Source: an uncultured Reyranella sp.
GTDB lineage: Bacteria > Pseudomonadota > Alphaproteobacteria > Reyranellales > Reyranellaceae
NCBI RefSeq assembly: GCF_945957355.1
Contig: NZ_CAMFKM010000002.1
Span: forward strand, 443,377 to 507,376
DNA: 64,000 nucleotides
Direction: 5' to 3'
Each line of letters begins with the position of its first letter. The stretch's first letter is position 1. This document shows positions 48,372 through 57,612 of the stretch, piece by piece. Made by a program: the position numbers and the translations under genes. Under the pieces are notes generated by a model. That model saw only the letters and a list, made by a program, of their open reading frames with translations, had not been told where the DNA came from and made no database searches.

Positions 48372-49266
48372 CTATCGCTTGAGACGCCGTTCGATCGCGT
48401 CGTATCGCTGGATCAGACGGCGGGCGCGATCGATCACCGGGATGTCGATCATCTTGCCATCCACCGAGAACGAGCCGCGGCCCTCAGCCGCGGCTTTTTC
48501 GTCGGCCGCGATCAGCTTCCGCGCATAGGCGACGTCGTCCGCCGTCGGCGTGAAGGCGCTCGTTGAGCGCGGCGACCAGGCCGGGATGGATGCAGGTGCC
48601 GCCGGAGAAGCCGAAGCGCCGCGCCCGCTCGGCGCTCTTCCTGTAGGCAGCGGGGTCGGAATAGTCGGCGACGGTTCCCAGGATGCCGAACGCCGACACC
48701 CCATGCGCCTGGGCCGCGAAGGCCACCATGCGCTTGGGCAGTTCCAGCGTCTCGTCCCCGGGCACCGAGCCGGTCTCCAGCGCGAAATCCTCACCGCCGA
48801 GCATCATGGCGATGACGCGGGGGCCGCGCTCGGCGATGTCGTTCAGTTCGGTGAGGGCGCGGGGATGCTCGATCATGGCGGCGAAGCCCACGCTTCCCAC
48901 CGGCATGCCGCGCTCCCGCTCGAACTCCGTCACCACCTCGTCGAGCAGGCGCAGATGCTGCACGCCCTCGGTCTTGGTGACGAACAGCGCAGAGAGGCCA
49001 GGCCGCACCGCCGCCTCGATGTCGGGGATCGCCAGGCGCAGTGGCCGGTTGATGCGCACGGCGACGTCGGCGCCGCCGCGCGCCACCTTCTTCATGGTCT
49101 CCGGCAGCATCGCGCGGGCGTCCGGCTTCTGCGCCGGCTGCACGCTGTCCTCCAGGTCGACCAGAACGCAGTCGGCGCCCCGCTCGTGGGCCTTGTCGAT
49201 GAACTTCGGGACGTTGCCGGGAACGTAGAGGATCGAGCGCCAGACGGGCGGAACAGGTCGGTTCAC
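48372..49266 (-). pseudogene. HpcH/HpaI aldolase / citrate-lyase beta (CitE)-like acyl-CoA lyase, disrupted by a 1-nt frameshift near 48555-48562
   Basis: The N-terminal 230+ aa are in the frame of ORF 48484-49317 (SILYVPGN, VLVDLEDS, MLGGEDF, ending ...CIHPGLVAALNE). The conserved C-terminus FTPTADDVAYARKLI...GSFSVDGKMIDIPV is in the +1 frame (ORF 48372-48794). The proposed GTG start at 49266 forms a GTGA overlap with the CoA-transferase stop. Confidence 0.7.
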
Positions 49267-50516
49267 TTCTTCTTCTTTCCCGGGTTCGTGCCGTCGGAGA
49301 TCGCGCCCGACGCGCACAGCTTGTCGTACTCCGCCGCGCCCAGCATCGGCTTCAGCAGGGCCTCGTTGTGCTCGCCGACCCGGGGCGCCGCGCTCTTCAG
49401 CGCGCCCGGTGTGCCGGACATGCGCGGCACGACCGGATGGGTCGGGATTTCGCCCATGTCCGCGTCGTCGATCTCGATCAGCGATTCGCGTTCCAGCACA
49501 TAGTCGTCCTGTACGATCTGCGAGATGTCGTAGACCGGGCCGATGGTGACGCCGGCCTCGTCGAAATAGCGCAGGTTCTCGTCGAGATCGCGCGCGCCGA
49601 TGAACTCGCCGATGATGCGGTCGAGCTCGACCCCGTTGCGTACGCGCTCGATGTTGGTCGAGAAGCGCGGATCCTCCATCAGCTCCGGCCGGCCGATCTT
49701 GGCGAGCACGCGCATCGCCATGCCCTGCGTCGAGGCCGAGAGGCAGACCCAGCTTCCGTCCTTCGTCTGGTAGACGTTGCGGGGCGCCGCATTGGTCGAG
49801 CGGCTGCCGGTGCGCACCTTCACCTCGCCGGTCAGCCTGTGGTTGGCCGCCTGCGGACCCAGCATCGAGAACAGCGGATCGAACAGCGGCAGGTCGAGCA
49901 CCTGGCCGTTGCCGCCGTTCATCTCGACCTCGCGCAACGCCACCATCACGGCACCGTAGCCGTTCAGGGCGGCCATGCAGTCGGCGAGGTACATGGGCGG
50001 CAGCACCGGCTCGCGGTCGGCGAAACCGTTCATCGAGGCGAAGCCGCTATAGCCCTCGATCAGCGTGCCGAAGCCCGGCTTGTGGCGATAGCGTCCGTCC
50101 TGGCCCCAGCCGGAAATGCGCACGATCACCAGCTTCGGATTGATCGCGTGCAGCTCGGCGGGCGACAGGCCCATGTCTTCCATGACGCCCGGCCGGAAGC
50201 TCTCGACCAGGATGGCGGCGGTCTTCGCCAGCTCGCGCACGATGGTGCGGCCGGCATCGGAGCGCAGGTCGAGCGCCACGCTCTTCTTGTTGCGGCTGTA
50301 AACCTTCCAGGCGGTCTCGACGCCCTTGACGCGCCACGAACGCAACGTGTCGCCCTCGGGCGGCTCGATCTTGATGACCTCGGCCCCGAAGTCCGCAAGC
50401 TGCAGGGTCAGCACGTTGCCGGCCACCAGTCGCGACAGGTCGACGACGCGGACCCCGTTCAGGGGGCCGCGCGCGTCGGGGGTGAATGATTTCTTGGAGG
50501 GACGTTTGGCGGGCAT
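49263..50516 (-). CDS. Family III (CaiB/BaiF) acyl-CoA transferase
   Basis: 417 aa with GVRVVDLSRLVAGNVLTLQLADFGAEVIKIEPP and the later GFGTLIEG.SG segment typical of the family. Confidence 0.9.
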   Translation of the reverse strand: MPAKRPSKKSFTPDARGPLNGVRVVDLSRLVAGNVLTLQLADFGAEVIKIEPPEGDTLRSWRVKGVETAWKVYSRNKKSVALDLRSDAGRTIVRELAKTAAILVESFRPGVMEDMGLSPAELHAINPKLVIVRISGWGQDGRYRHKPGFGTLIEGYSGFASMNGFADREPVLPPMYLADCMAALNGYGAVMVALREVEMNGGNGQVLDLPLFDPLFSMLGPQAANHRLTGEVKVRTGSRSTNAAPRNVYQTKDGSWVCLSASTQGMAMRVLAKIGRPELMEDPRFSTNIERVRNGVELDRIIGEFIGARDLDENLRYFDEAGVTIGPVYDISQIVQDDYVLERESLIEIDDADMGEIPTHPVVPRMSGTPGALKSAAPRVGEHNEALLKPMLGAAEYDKLCASGAISDGTNPGKKKK

Positions 50517-50535
50517 TTCTCGGTAACGAAAATCC

Positions 50536-50606
50536 TGTCATCCCGAGCGCAGCGAGGGACCCTTGGCGATGCCCTGAAAGGTCCCTCGCTGGCGCTCGGG
50601 ATGACA
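50536..50606. repeat. Palindromic REP/MITE-like element: TGTCATCCCGAGCGCAGCGAGGGACC - 18 nt - GGTCCCTCGCTGGCGCTCGGGATGACA
   Basis: Read directly. It uses the same 26-nt unit as 59554-59615, but the arms are in the opposite relative order. Confidence 0.7.
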
Positions 50607-50631
50607 ATGGTGGCGGGAACGGCCTCGTGCG

Positions 50632-51303
50632 TCAGCCGACGTGCTTGGCCATGAATTCGAGCGTGCGCTCCATCGCCTTCTTCGAGGCGGCGGCGTCCCA
50701 GCTGCCACGCTCGTCGCAATGGAACCCGTGATCGGCCGGATAGTCGAAGATCTCGACGGTGGGATGCAGCGCGCGCAGCTCGTTCACATGCGCCATCGGG
50801 ATATGCATGTCCTTGTCGCCGAAATGCATCTGGGTCGGCACGGTCGGCTTCTCGTTCCTGGCGCCATGGATGCCGCCGCCGTAGTAGGCGGACACCGCAT
50901 CCGGCTTGAGCCGGGTCGCGGCCAGCCAGCTGATCGTGCCGCCCCAGCAATAGCCGGTCACGCCGACCTTCTTCACGCCGCGCTTCTTCAGCTCGTCCAT
51001 CGCCGCCTGGACGTCCTGCACGGCCTTGTCGGTGAAGCCCGGCGTCATGACGTAGCCGCGGCCCTCGGCGATCGTGTCCGGCGTATAGCCGAGCTCGATG
51101 CCGGGCTTGATGTGGTCGAAGAAGCACGGCGCCAGGGCGAGGTAGCCCTCGGCTGCGAACTTGTCGGTCACGCCGCGGATGTGGTGGTTGACGCCGAAAA
51201 TCTCCTGGATGACCACGATGCCGCCCTTCGGCGTGCCGGCCGGGGTGGCGAGGTAAGCGCCGATCTCGCCGGCGGCAGACTTAAGACGGATATCTTCGCC
51301 CAT
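50632..51303 (-). CDS. Dienelactone hydrolase family protein
   Basis: 223 aa with the nucleophile motif GYCWGG and a C-terminal H in the Y..ADHGF context. Confidence 0.85.
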   Translation of the reverse strand: MGEDIRLKSAAGEIGAYLATPAGTPKGGIVVIQEIFGVNHHIRGVTDKFAAEGYLALAPCFFDHIKPGIELGYTPDTIAEGRGYVMTPGFTDKAVQDVQAAMDELKKRGVKKVGVTGYCWGGTISWLAATRLKPDAVSAYYGGGIHGARNEKPTVPTQMHFGDKDMHIPMAHVNELRALHPTVEIFDYPADHGFHCDERGSWDAAASKKAMERTLEFMAKHVG

Positions 51304-51370
51304 GAATAATCCTCCCTGTGTGAACGGTATTGGACCATGGTAAGCCCGCGCCGTTCAAGGAATCTGCACC

Positions 51371-51991
51371 ATGTATCTTCCGAAGCATTTCGCAGGCGAT
51401 GAAACCGTCGGCCGCGAGGTCATGCAGGCCCATAGCTGGGCGTTGCTCATGACGACCGACGAGGCCGGCGCGCCCTTCGCCACCCACCTGTCGCTGCTCT
51501 GGCAGGACGACGGCAGCGAACACGGTTCGCTGATCGGCCATATCGCGCGCGCCAATCCGCACTGGAAGCTGTTCGAGCGGCCGGCGGAGTCGCTGGCCCT
51601 GTTCTGGGGACCGCATGCCTATGTCTCGCCGACCTGGTACACGCCGGGCCCCAAGGTGCCGACCTGGAACTACGTCACCGTGCATGCCTACGGCCGCCCG
51701 CAGATCGTCGAGGACACTGAGGGCGCGCTCGACGTGCTCGCGAAGCTCGCGGCCGCCTATGAAGGGACGGATGCGTCGTCCTGGGGACTGGATCGCCTGC
51801 CGCCGGGTAATGCCGAGGCCCAGACCCGAGGCATCGTCGCCTTGCGCATGCCGATCGCGCGCCTGCAGACCAAGATCAAGCTGAGCCAAAACCGCGACGT
51901 CGAGGACCGGCAGCGCGTGATCGAAAAACTCGAAGAAAGCGACAACCAGGACGCGCAGTCGACGGCACGATGGATGAGGCGCATGCTGTGA
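51371..51991 (+). CDS. FMN-binding negative transcriptional regulator (PaiB family)
   Basis: 206 aa. The N-terminus is MYLPKHF, followed by GH.ARANPHW, then VPTWNY..VH..G, and finally KLSQNR. Confidence 0.8.
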   Translation: MYLPKHFAGDETVGREVMQAHSWALLMTTDEAGAPFATHLSLLWQDDGSEHGSLIGHIARANPHWKLFERPAESLALFWGPHAYVSPTWYTPGPKVPTWNYVTVHAYGRPQIVEDTEGALDVLAKLAAAYEGTDASSWGLDRLPPGNAEAQTRGIVALRMPIARLQTKIKLSQNRDVEDRQRVIEKLEESDNQDAQSTARWMRRML

Positions 51992-52068
51992 TGACGCAGC
52001 CGATGCAATTGCTTTACATCGACTGAACCATCGGCCAATTTCCTCGCCAATCAAAGGGAGGAAACAAG

Positions 52069-53061
52069 ATGACGATCCGTCGTCGTGGTCTCGTGAAGCG
52101 TGGTCTGGGAACCGTGATCGCTGCCGGCGTCGGCATGCCGCTGTACCTGCCGGCGGCCCGCGCCCAGACCTATCCCAGCAAGCCGATCACCTTCATCGTC
52201 CCGTGGCCCGCCGGCGGATCGAGCGACATCACGCTGCGCGCCATGTGCGAGCGGGCCGGCAAGGTGCTGGGCCAGCCCTTCCAGATCGACAACAAGGGCG
52301 GCGCCTCCGGCACGCTGGGGCCGGCCACGATGGCCGCCACCGCGCGGCCCGACGGCTACACGCTGTCCCAGCTGCCGATCTCCGTGTTCCGTCTGCCGGT
52401 GATGCAGAAGACGGCGTTCGATCCGTTGAAGGACTTTACCTACGTCTCGCATCTCAGCGGCTACACGTTCGGCGTCACGACGGCGGCCGACCAGCCCTAC
52501 AAGACCTTCAAGGACGTGATCGAATACGCCAAGGCCAATCCCGGCAAGGTGACCTATGGCACGCCGGGCGCCGGCACCTCGCTGCACATCGGCATGGAGC
52601 GCATCGCCGCCCAGGCCGGAATCAAGTGGACGCAGGTGCCGTTCAAGGGCGGTGCGGAAACCAACGCCGCCGTACTCGGCAAGCACACGACCCTGCAGGC
52701 CGACTCCACGGGCTGGAAGCCGCTGGTCGACGCAGGCCAGCTCCGCCTGCTCTGCGTGTGGACCGAGAAGCGCACCAAGAACTGGCCCGACGTGCCGACG
52801 CTGAAGGATCTGGGCTTCGACATGGTGTTCGACTCGCCGTTCGGCATGGGCGGACCGAAGGGCATGGACCCGGCGGTGGTGAAGAAGCTCGATGAGGCGT
52901 TCAAGGTCGCGCTCGAGGACAAGGACGTCATCGCGACCCTGGAGAAGTACGACATGTCGCCGCGCTACATGCCGGCCGCCGCCTACGACAAGTTCGCCCG
53001 CCAGCTCTACGCCGAGGAGAAGGCGGCGCTGGAGAAGCTCGGCCTCGCCGCCAAGAGCTAA
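52069..53061 (+). CDS. tctC: Bug/TctC-family substrate-binding protein (paralogue 1)
   Basis: 330 aa with a Tat/Sec-like signal, then KPITFIVPWPAGGSSD, DNKGGASG and YGTPGAGTSLH. Confidence 0.85.
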   Translation: MTIRRRGLVKRGLGTVIAAGVGMPLYLPAARAQTYPSKPITFIVPWPAGGSSDITLRAMCERAGKVLGQPFQIDNKGGASGTLGPATMAATARPDGYTLSQLPISVFRLPVMQKTAFDPLKDFTYVSHLSGYTFGVTTAADQPYKTFKDVIEYAKANPGKVTYGTPGAGTSLHIGMERIAAQAGIKWTQVPFKGGAETNAAVLGKHTTLQADSTGWKPLVDAGQLRLLCVWTEKRTKNWPDVPTLKDLGFDMVFDSPFGMGGPKGMDPAVVKKLDEAFKVALEDKDVIATLEKYDMSPRYMPAAAYDKFARQLYAEEKAALEKLGLAAKS

Positions 53062-53104
53062 TACGCCCGGGACAACCGTGGCCGGACTGAAGAGGGAGGA
53101 GTTC

Positions 53105-54085
53105 ATGCGTCGTCGTTCGTTCATCGCGGCGTCGGGGGCGGTTGCGTCCGCCGCTCTTGCGCCCGCGATCGGGTATGCCCAGGGGGCCAAGGATTTTCCC
53201 AACAAGCCGATCACGCTGATCATGCCGTGGCCGGCCGGCAGCGGCGTCGACGTCTGGCATCGCGCCCTGGGCGACGCCGCGGCCAAGATCCTCGGCCAGC
53301 CGGTGGTGATCGACAACCGCACCGGCGGCTCGGGAACCAGCGGCCCCGCCAGCATGGCCGCGACCGCCAAGCCGGATGGCTACACGATCGCGCAGATGCC
53401 GGTGACGATCTTCCGTCTGCCGCACATGCAGAAGACGCCGTACGATCCGATGAAGGATTTCACCTGGATCCTCCACACCTCGGCCTACACGTTCGGCGTG
53501 GTCGTGCGGGCGGACTCGCAATTCAAGACCTTCCAGGACGTCATCGCCTTCGCCAAGGCCAACCCGGGCAAGTTCACCTATGCGACACCGGGCGCCGGCA
53601 GCTCGCTGCACGTCGGCATGGAGCAGATCGCCCACAAGGCCGGCGTGAAGTTCACCCATGTGCCCTTCAAGGGCGGGCCCGAGGGCTGGGCGGCGCTGGA
53701 AGGCGGCCATGTCATGGCCGACGCCGACGCAACCGGCTGGGCGCCACTGGTCGATGCCGGCAAGTTCCGCCTGCTCTGCATCTGGACGCAGGAGCGCAGC
53801 CCGCGCTGGCCCGACGCGCCGACCTTGAAGGAGCTGGGCTACAATCTCACGCTCGACTCGCCGTTCGGGCTCGCCGGTCCGAAGGGCATGGATCCGGCCG
53901 TGGTGCAGAAGCTGCACGACGCCTTCAAGGCCGCGCTCGACGATCCCAAGGTGGTCGAACTGATGGCCAAGTACGACTATCCCAAGCGCTACATGAACAC
54001 GGCGGACTACGCCCGGTTCGCCAAGCAGCAATATGACGAGCAGCGCGAGGTCGTGGACCAGCTCGGGCTCGCCAAGAAGAGCTGA
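53105..54085 (+). CDS. tctC: Bug/TctC-family substrate-binding protein (paralogue 2)
   Basis: 326 aa from MRRRSFIAASG, preceded by GAGGGAGGAG. By eye it is roughly 55-60% identical to paralogue 1 over the whole length. Confidence 0.85.
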   Translation: MRRRSFIAASGAVASAALAPAIGYAQGAKDFPNKPITLIMPWPAGSGVDVWHRALGDAAAKILGQPVVIDNRTGGSGTSGPASMAATAKPDGYTIAQMPVTIFRLPHMQKTPYDPMKDFTWILHTSAYTFGVVVRADSQFKTFQDVIAFAKANPGKFTYATPGAGSSLHVGMEQIAHKAGVKFTHVPFKGGPEGWAALEGGHVMADADATGWAPLVDAGKFRLLCIWTQERSPRWPDAPTLKELGYNLTLDSPFGLAGPKGMDPAVVQKLHDAFKAALDDPKVVELMAKYDYPKRYMNTADYARFAKQQYDEQREVVDQLGLAKKS

Positions 54086-54087
54086 GC

Positions 54088-54573
54088 ATGCTGCGTCGCG
54101 CTGAATTCTGGGGAGGCCTTTTCTGGCTGGGTGTCGGCGTGTTCGTCACCTGGCAGGGCTGGCTGCTCGAACTGGGCACCCTGCATGAGCCGGGCTCGGG
54201 CTTCGTCTTCTTCTGGCTCGGTCTCTTCATGTCGGCCCTGTCGCTGTCGATCACCGTCGCCGGCGCGCGGGGCGAGGGGCCGCTGCTGGCGGATCTCTGG
54301 CGCGGGGCGCGGTGGCGCAACGTCGTGATGGTGATCGTCGCGCTGATCGTCTTTGGCATCCTGTTCCAGAAGCTGGGCTTCGTGCTCTGCAGCCTGGCGC
54401 TGCTGCTCTTCCTGATGACCTTCGTCGATCCGGTCGAGCCCAAGCTCTCGATTCCGATCTCCTTGGCCGCATCGGTCGGCGTCTGGTACGTGCTGGAAAA
54501 GGTCCTGCTGGTGCAGCTCCCCAAGGGAAGCTGGCTCGAAGACGTTCCCTATCTCTCCTGGCTGGCAGGCTGA
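54088..54573 (+). CDS. tctB: Tripartite tricarboxylate transporter small membrane subunit TctB
   Basis: 161 aa with four hydrophobic helices, positioned between tctC and tctA. Confidence 0.75.
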   Translation: MLRRAEFWGGLFWLGVGVFVTWQGWLLELGTLHEPGSGFVFFWLGLFMSALSLSITVAGARGEGPLLADLWRGARWRNVVMVIVALIVFGILFQKLGFVLCSLALLLFLMTFVDPVEPKLSIPISLAASVGVWYVLEKVLLVQLPKGSWLEDVPYLSWLAG

Positions 54574-54577
54574 CGCG

Positions 54578-56086
54578 ATGGACGTGCTTTCCGGTCTCTA
54601 CCAGGGATTCGCGGTCGCCTTCGACCCGGTCAATCTCCTCTACTGCTTCATCGGCGTGTTCATCGGCACGCTGGTCGGCGTGCTGCCGGGCATCGGACCG
54701 ATCTCGGCCATGTCGCTCCTGCTGCCGGTCACGCTCTCCGGCTCGCCCGAGTCGGGCATCATCATGATGGCCGGCATCTACTACGGCTCGATGTATGGCG
54801 GCTCGACCACCGCGGTGCTGGTGAACATCCCGGGCGAGGCCGCTTCGGTCGTCACCTGCATCGACGGGCACGAGATGGCCAAGCGCGGCCGGGCCGGCCC
54901 GGCGCTCGGCATCTCCGCGCTGGGATCGTTCGTCGCCGGCACCTTCGCGATCGTCGCCCTGATGCTGGTGGCGCCGATGCTGGCCCAGGTCGCCGTGGCC
55001 TTCGGCCCGCCGGAATATTTCAGCCTGATGGTCCTTGGCCTCACCATCCTGTCGTTCCTCACGCAGGGCTCGATGGCCAAGGCGCTGTTGATGGCGGCGG
55101 TCGGCGTCGTGGTCGGCCTGATCGGCCTCGATCAGATCACCGCCATGCCGCGCCTCACCTTCGACCGTCTCGAACTGGTCGACGGAATCGGCCTGGTGCC
55201 GGTCGTGATGGGCCTGTTCGGCGTGGCCGAGATCCTGGCGAACATCGAGCAGCAGATCCGCCGCGACATCGTGCAATCGCGGATCGGCAGCCTGTGGCCC
55301 TCGCGCGAGGACCTGAAGGCGAGCGCCGGCCCGGTCGGCCGCGGCACGCTGCTCGGCTTCCTGCTGGGCGTGCTGCCGGGCGGCGGCGCGGTGATCGCCT
55401 CCTTCGCGTCCTATGCCATGGAGAAGAAGCTGTCGCGCACGCCCGAGCGCTTCGGCAAGGGCGCGATCGAGGGCGTCGCGGGACCCGAGGCCGCCAACAA
55501 TGCGGCGGCGGGCGGCGCCTTCATCCCGCTGATGACGCTCGGCATCCCGCCCAACGTCATCATGGCGCTGCTGCTGGGGGCCTTCGTCATCCACGGGCTG
55601 CAGCCCGGACCACTGATGATGAGCCAGAACCCCAAGGTCTTCTGGGGCATCGTCGCCAGCATGTATGTCGGCAACATCATGCTGCTGGTGCTGAACATGC
55701 CGTTGATCGGCATGTGGGTTCAGGTCCTGAAGGCGCCTTACAGGATCCTGTTCCCGCTGATCCTAATGTTCTGCATCGTCGGCGTCTTCGCCTCGGGCAA
55801 CGCCGTGTTCGACGTGTTCGTCATGATCGGCACCGGCCTGCTGGGCTATCTCATGCGCAAGTTCGGCTACGAGGCGGCGCCGCTGGTGCTGGCCTTCGTG
55901 CTCGGGCCGATGCTCGAGAACAACCTGCGCAAGTCGCTGATCCTGAGCCAGGGATCGTTCGAGATCTTCGTCGTGCGGCCGATCTCCGTCGCCTGCCTCG
56001 CGATCGCGGTCTTCCTGTTGATCGCGCCGCTCCTTCCCGCGCTCCGCAAGAAGCGCGAGAAGGTGGCGCTCGACGTGACCGAGTAG
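54578..56086 (+). CDS. tctA: Tripartite tricarboxylate transporter large membrane subunit TctA
   Basis: 502 aa, polytopic, with GVLPGIGP and GVLPGGGA duplicated motifs typical of TctA. Confidence 0.9.
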   Translation: MDVLSGLYQGFAVAFDPVNLLYCFIGVFIGTLVGVLPGIGPISAMSLLLPVTLSGSPESGIIMMAGIYYGSMYGGSTTAVLVNIPGEAASVVTCIDGHEMAKRGRAGPALGISALGSFVAGTFAIVALMLVAPMLAQVAVAFGPPEYFSLMVLGLTILSFLTQGSMAKALLMAAVGVVVGLIGLDQITAMPRLTFDRLELVDGIGLVPVVMGLFGVAEILANIEQQIRRDIVQSRIGSLWPSREDLKASAGPVGRGTLLGFLLGVLPGGGAVIASFASYAMEKKLSRTPERFGKGAIEGVAGPEAANNAAAGGAFIPLMTLGIPPNVIMALLLGAFVIHGLQPGPLMMSQNPKVFWGIVASMYVGNIMLLVLNMPLIGMWVQVLKAPYRILFPLILMFCIVGVFASGNAVFDVFVMIGTGLLGYLMRKFGYEAAPLVLAFVLGPMLENNLRKSLILSQGSFEIFVVRPISVACLAIAVFLLIAPLLPALRKKREKVALDVTE

Positions 56087-57457
56087 CTACTTCGCCTTCA
56101 GGAGGTCGGTGACCTTCAGGAGGATCAGCTCGTTGTCGTCGGACTTGCCCAGCGCGCGGCCCGACGAGAAGGGCAGGTTGTTGTCGTTGCCGACGATGAT
56201 GTGGTCGGCGTCGACCAGGTCGACATTCTCGATGGTGAAGAACGGGAAGGTGAACTTGCCGTCCTTGGCCCCCGCGCGGGCGACCTTGTTCGGATCCTGG
56301 ATGTCCATCAGGTCGATGTAGCCCACCTTCTTCACGAAGCCGTCGACGTCGGCCTGGCCGAGGTCGATCTTGTAGATGCGCTTGAACTTCGCCGGCGCGT
56401 TGAAGCAGTCGGCCTTCACCGCGCCGTCCTTGCACGCCTGGGCGGCGTCGCCCTCGGTGTCGTCGCGCTCGATGATCAGGCCGGTGCTGGCGTCGATCAG
56501 GTTGAAGTCGCCGATGGCGTTGGCCGGCGCCTCGAGCGTGTACTTGAAGCTCCTGCCCGTGTACTCGCCCTTGGCCACATCGAACTCGAGGATGCGCAGG
56601 AAGCGCTTGCCGTCCTTGGCCTCGGGTTCGCCGGACGCGGTCAGCAGCGGGCCTTCGAGCAGCGGATAGAGGAACTTGCCGTCGGGCGATGCCGCCATGC
56701 CTTCGAAGCCCTTGCTGCGCCGGACCTCGAACTTCACCGGGCCGGGCGCGCCCGGCATCGTCATCGCGGGATGGTCCGGCGAGCGCACGACCTTGCCGTC
56801 GACCTTGGTCTCGAAGATCTGCAGGACCTTGCCGCTCTTGTCGGTCTTGATCAGGTAGGGGCCGAACTCCTCGCCGAAGTACAGGAAATCGCCGATCGGC
56901 TGCACCGACTCGAGATCGAAGTCGCCGCCGGTCAGGTAGCGCCTGGGCGTGTTCTCGTTGACGATGCGGAACGGCACCTTGCGGTCGGGATCGCTGAGGA
57001 AGGTGGTCGAGACGCGCTCGACGGCGCCGCTCTTCCAGTCGGGCTTCACCACATGGAACATCAGCATCGAGTCGGGCGAGTTCGCCTTCGAGCCGAAGCC
57101 GTTGTCGGTCAACGTGAGGAAGGTGCCGTCCTTCAGGTTCTTGATGCCGGACAGGCCCTGCACGGCCTGGCCCTTCAGCGGCAGGCTGAGGCCGGTGGGG
57201 CGCGGGGCGGCCTTGTCGGAGAGGGCGGAGAAAGCCTGCACGCTCTCGGGCGTGTCGACCCGCTGGCCGGCCGGGCCGGCGTAGCGACCGGAGATCTGCA
57301 GCTCCTGCGGCGCATCGGCCGGGGCGGGGACGAGGGTCATGGCCGGCAGGATGGCGTGCCCTTCGAGGGTGGCAGGATACCGGGTCTGGGCCGAGGCCGG
57401 GAAGGCCGCGAGCAGGAGCGCGGTCGCGGAGGCCGCAAGCAGCAGATGTGTTTTCAT
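56087..57457 (-). CDS. Exported esterase-like-activity-of-phytase family protein
   Basis: 456 aa with a signal peptide. Beta-propeller-like repeats include GFEGMAASPDGKFLYPLLEGPL. Its stop abuts the tctA stop with zero spacer (TAG/CTA). Confidence 0.7.
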   Translation of the reverse strand: MKTHLLLAASATALLLAAFPASAQTRYPATLEGHAILPAMTLVPAPADAPQELQISGRYAGPAGQRVDTPESVQAFSALSDKAAPRPTGLSLPLKGQAVQGLSGIKNLKDGTFLTLTDNGFGSKANSPDSMLMFHVVKPDWKSGAVERVSTTFLSDPDRKVPFRIVNENTPRRYLTGGDFDLESVQPIGDFLYFGEEFGPYLIKTDKSGKVLQIFETKVDGKVVRSPDHPAMTMPGAPGPVKFEVRRSKGFEGMAASPDGKFLYPLLEGPLLTASGEPEAKDGKRFLRILEFDVAKGEYTGRSFKYTLEAPANAIGDFNLIDASTGLIIERDDTEGDAAQACKDGAVKADCFNAPAKFKRIYKIDLGQADVDGFVKKVGYIDLMDIQDPNKVARAGAKDGKFTFPFFTIENVDLVDADHIIVGNDNNLPFSSGRALGKSDDNELILLKVTDLLKAK

Positions 57458-57612
57458 GTCTGTCTCTTCATGAGGTGTGACATCCGCCTGCTACAGGCTG
57501 AGCGCTACGGTTTGCTGACGGTCCTTGTGGAAGGCGCCGTCGCGCGCGCAGGATCGTAACGGAAACGCCACTATTGCCCGCTACGCCAGACCTGCGTTTC
57601 CAGGAGTTCAAG

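Noticed and set aside
48135-48566. 143-aa plus-strand ORF (contains SFETRRFAALLRMRG)
   Set aside because: It is read straight through the palindromic REP/MITE-like element and into the antisense of the CitE-like gene. This is a typical repeat-derived spurious peptide.
57471-57505. Pho box upstream of phoX and the phytase-like gene (CTGTAGC...ATGTCAC on the minus strand)
   Set aside because: The two TGT(A/C) cores are offset by about 13 nt rather than the 11-nt phasing of PhoB direct repeats, and they match the CTGTCAT consensus poorly. The evidence is not strong enough to annotate.
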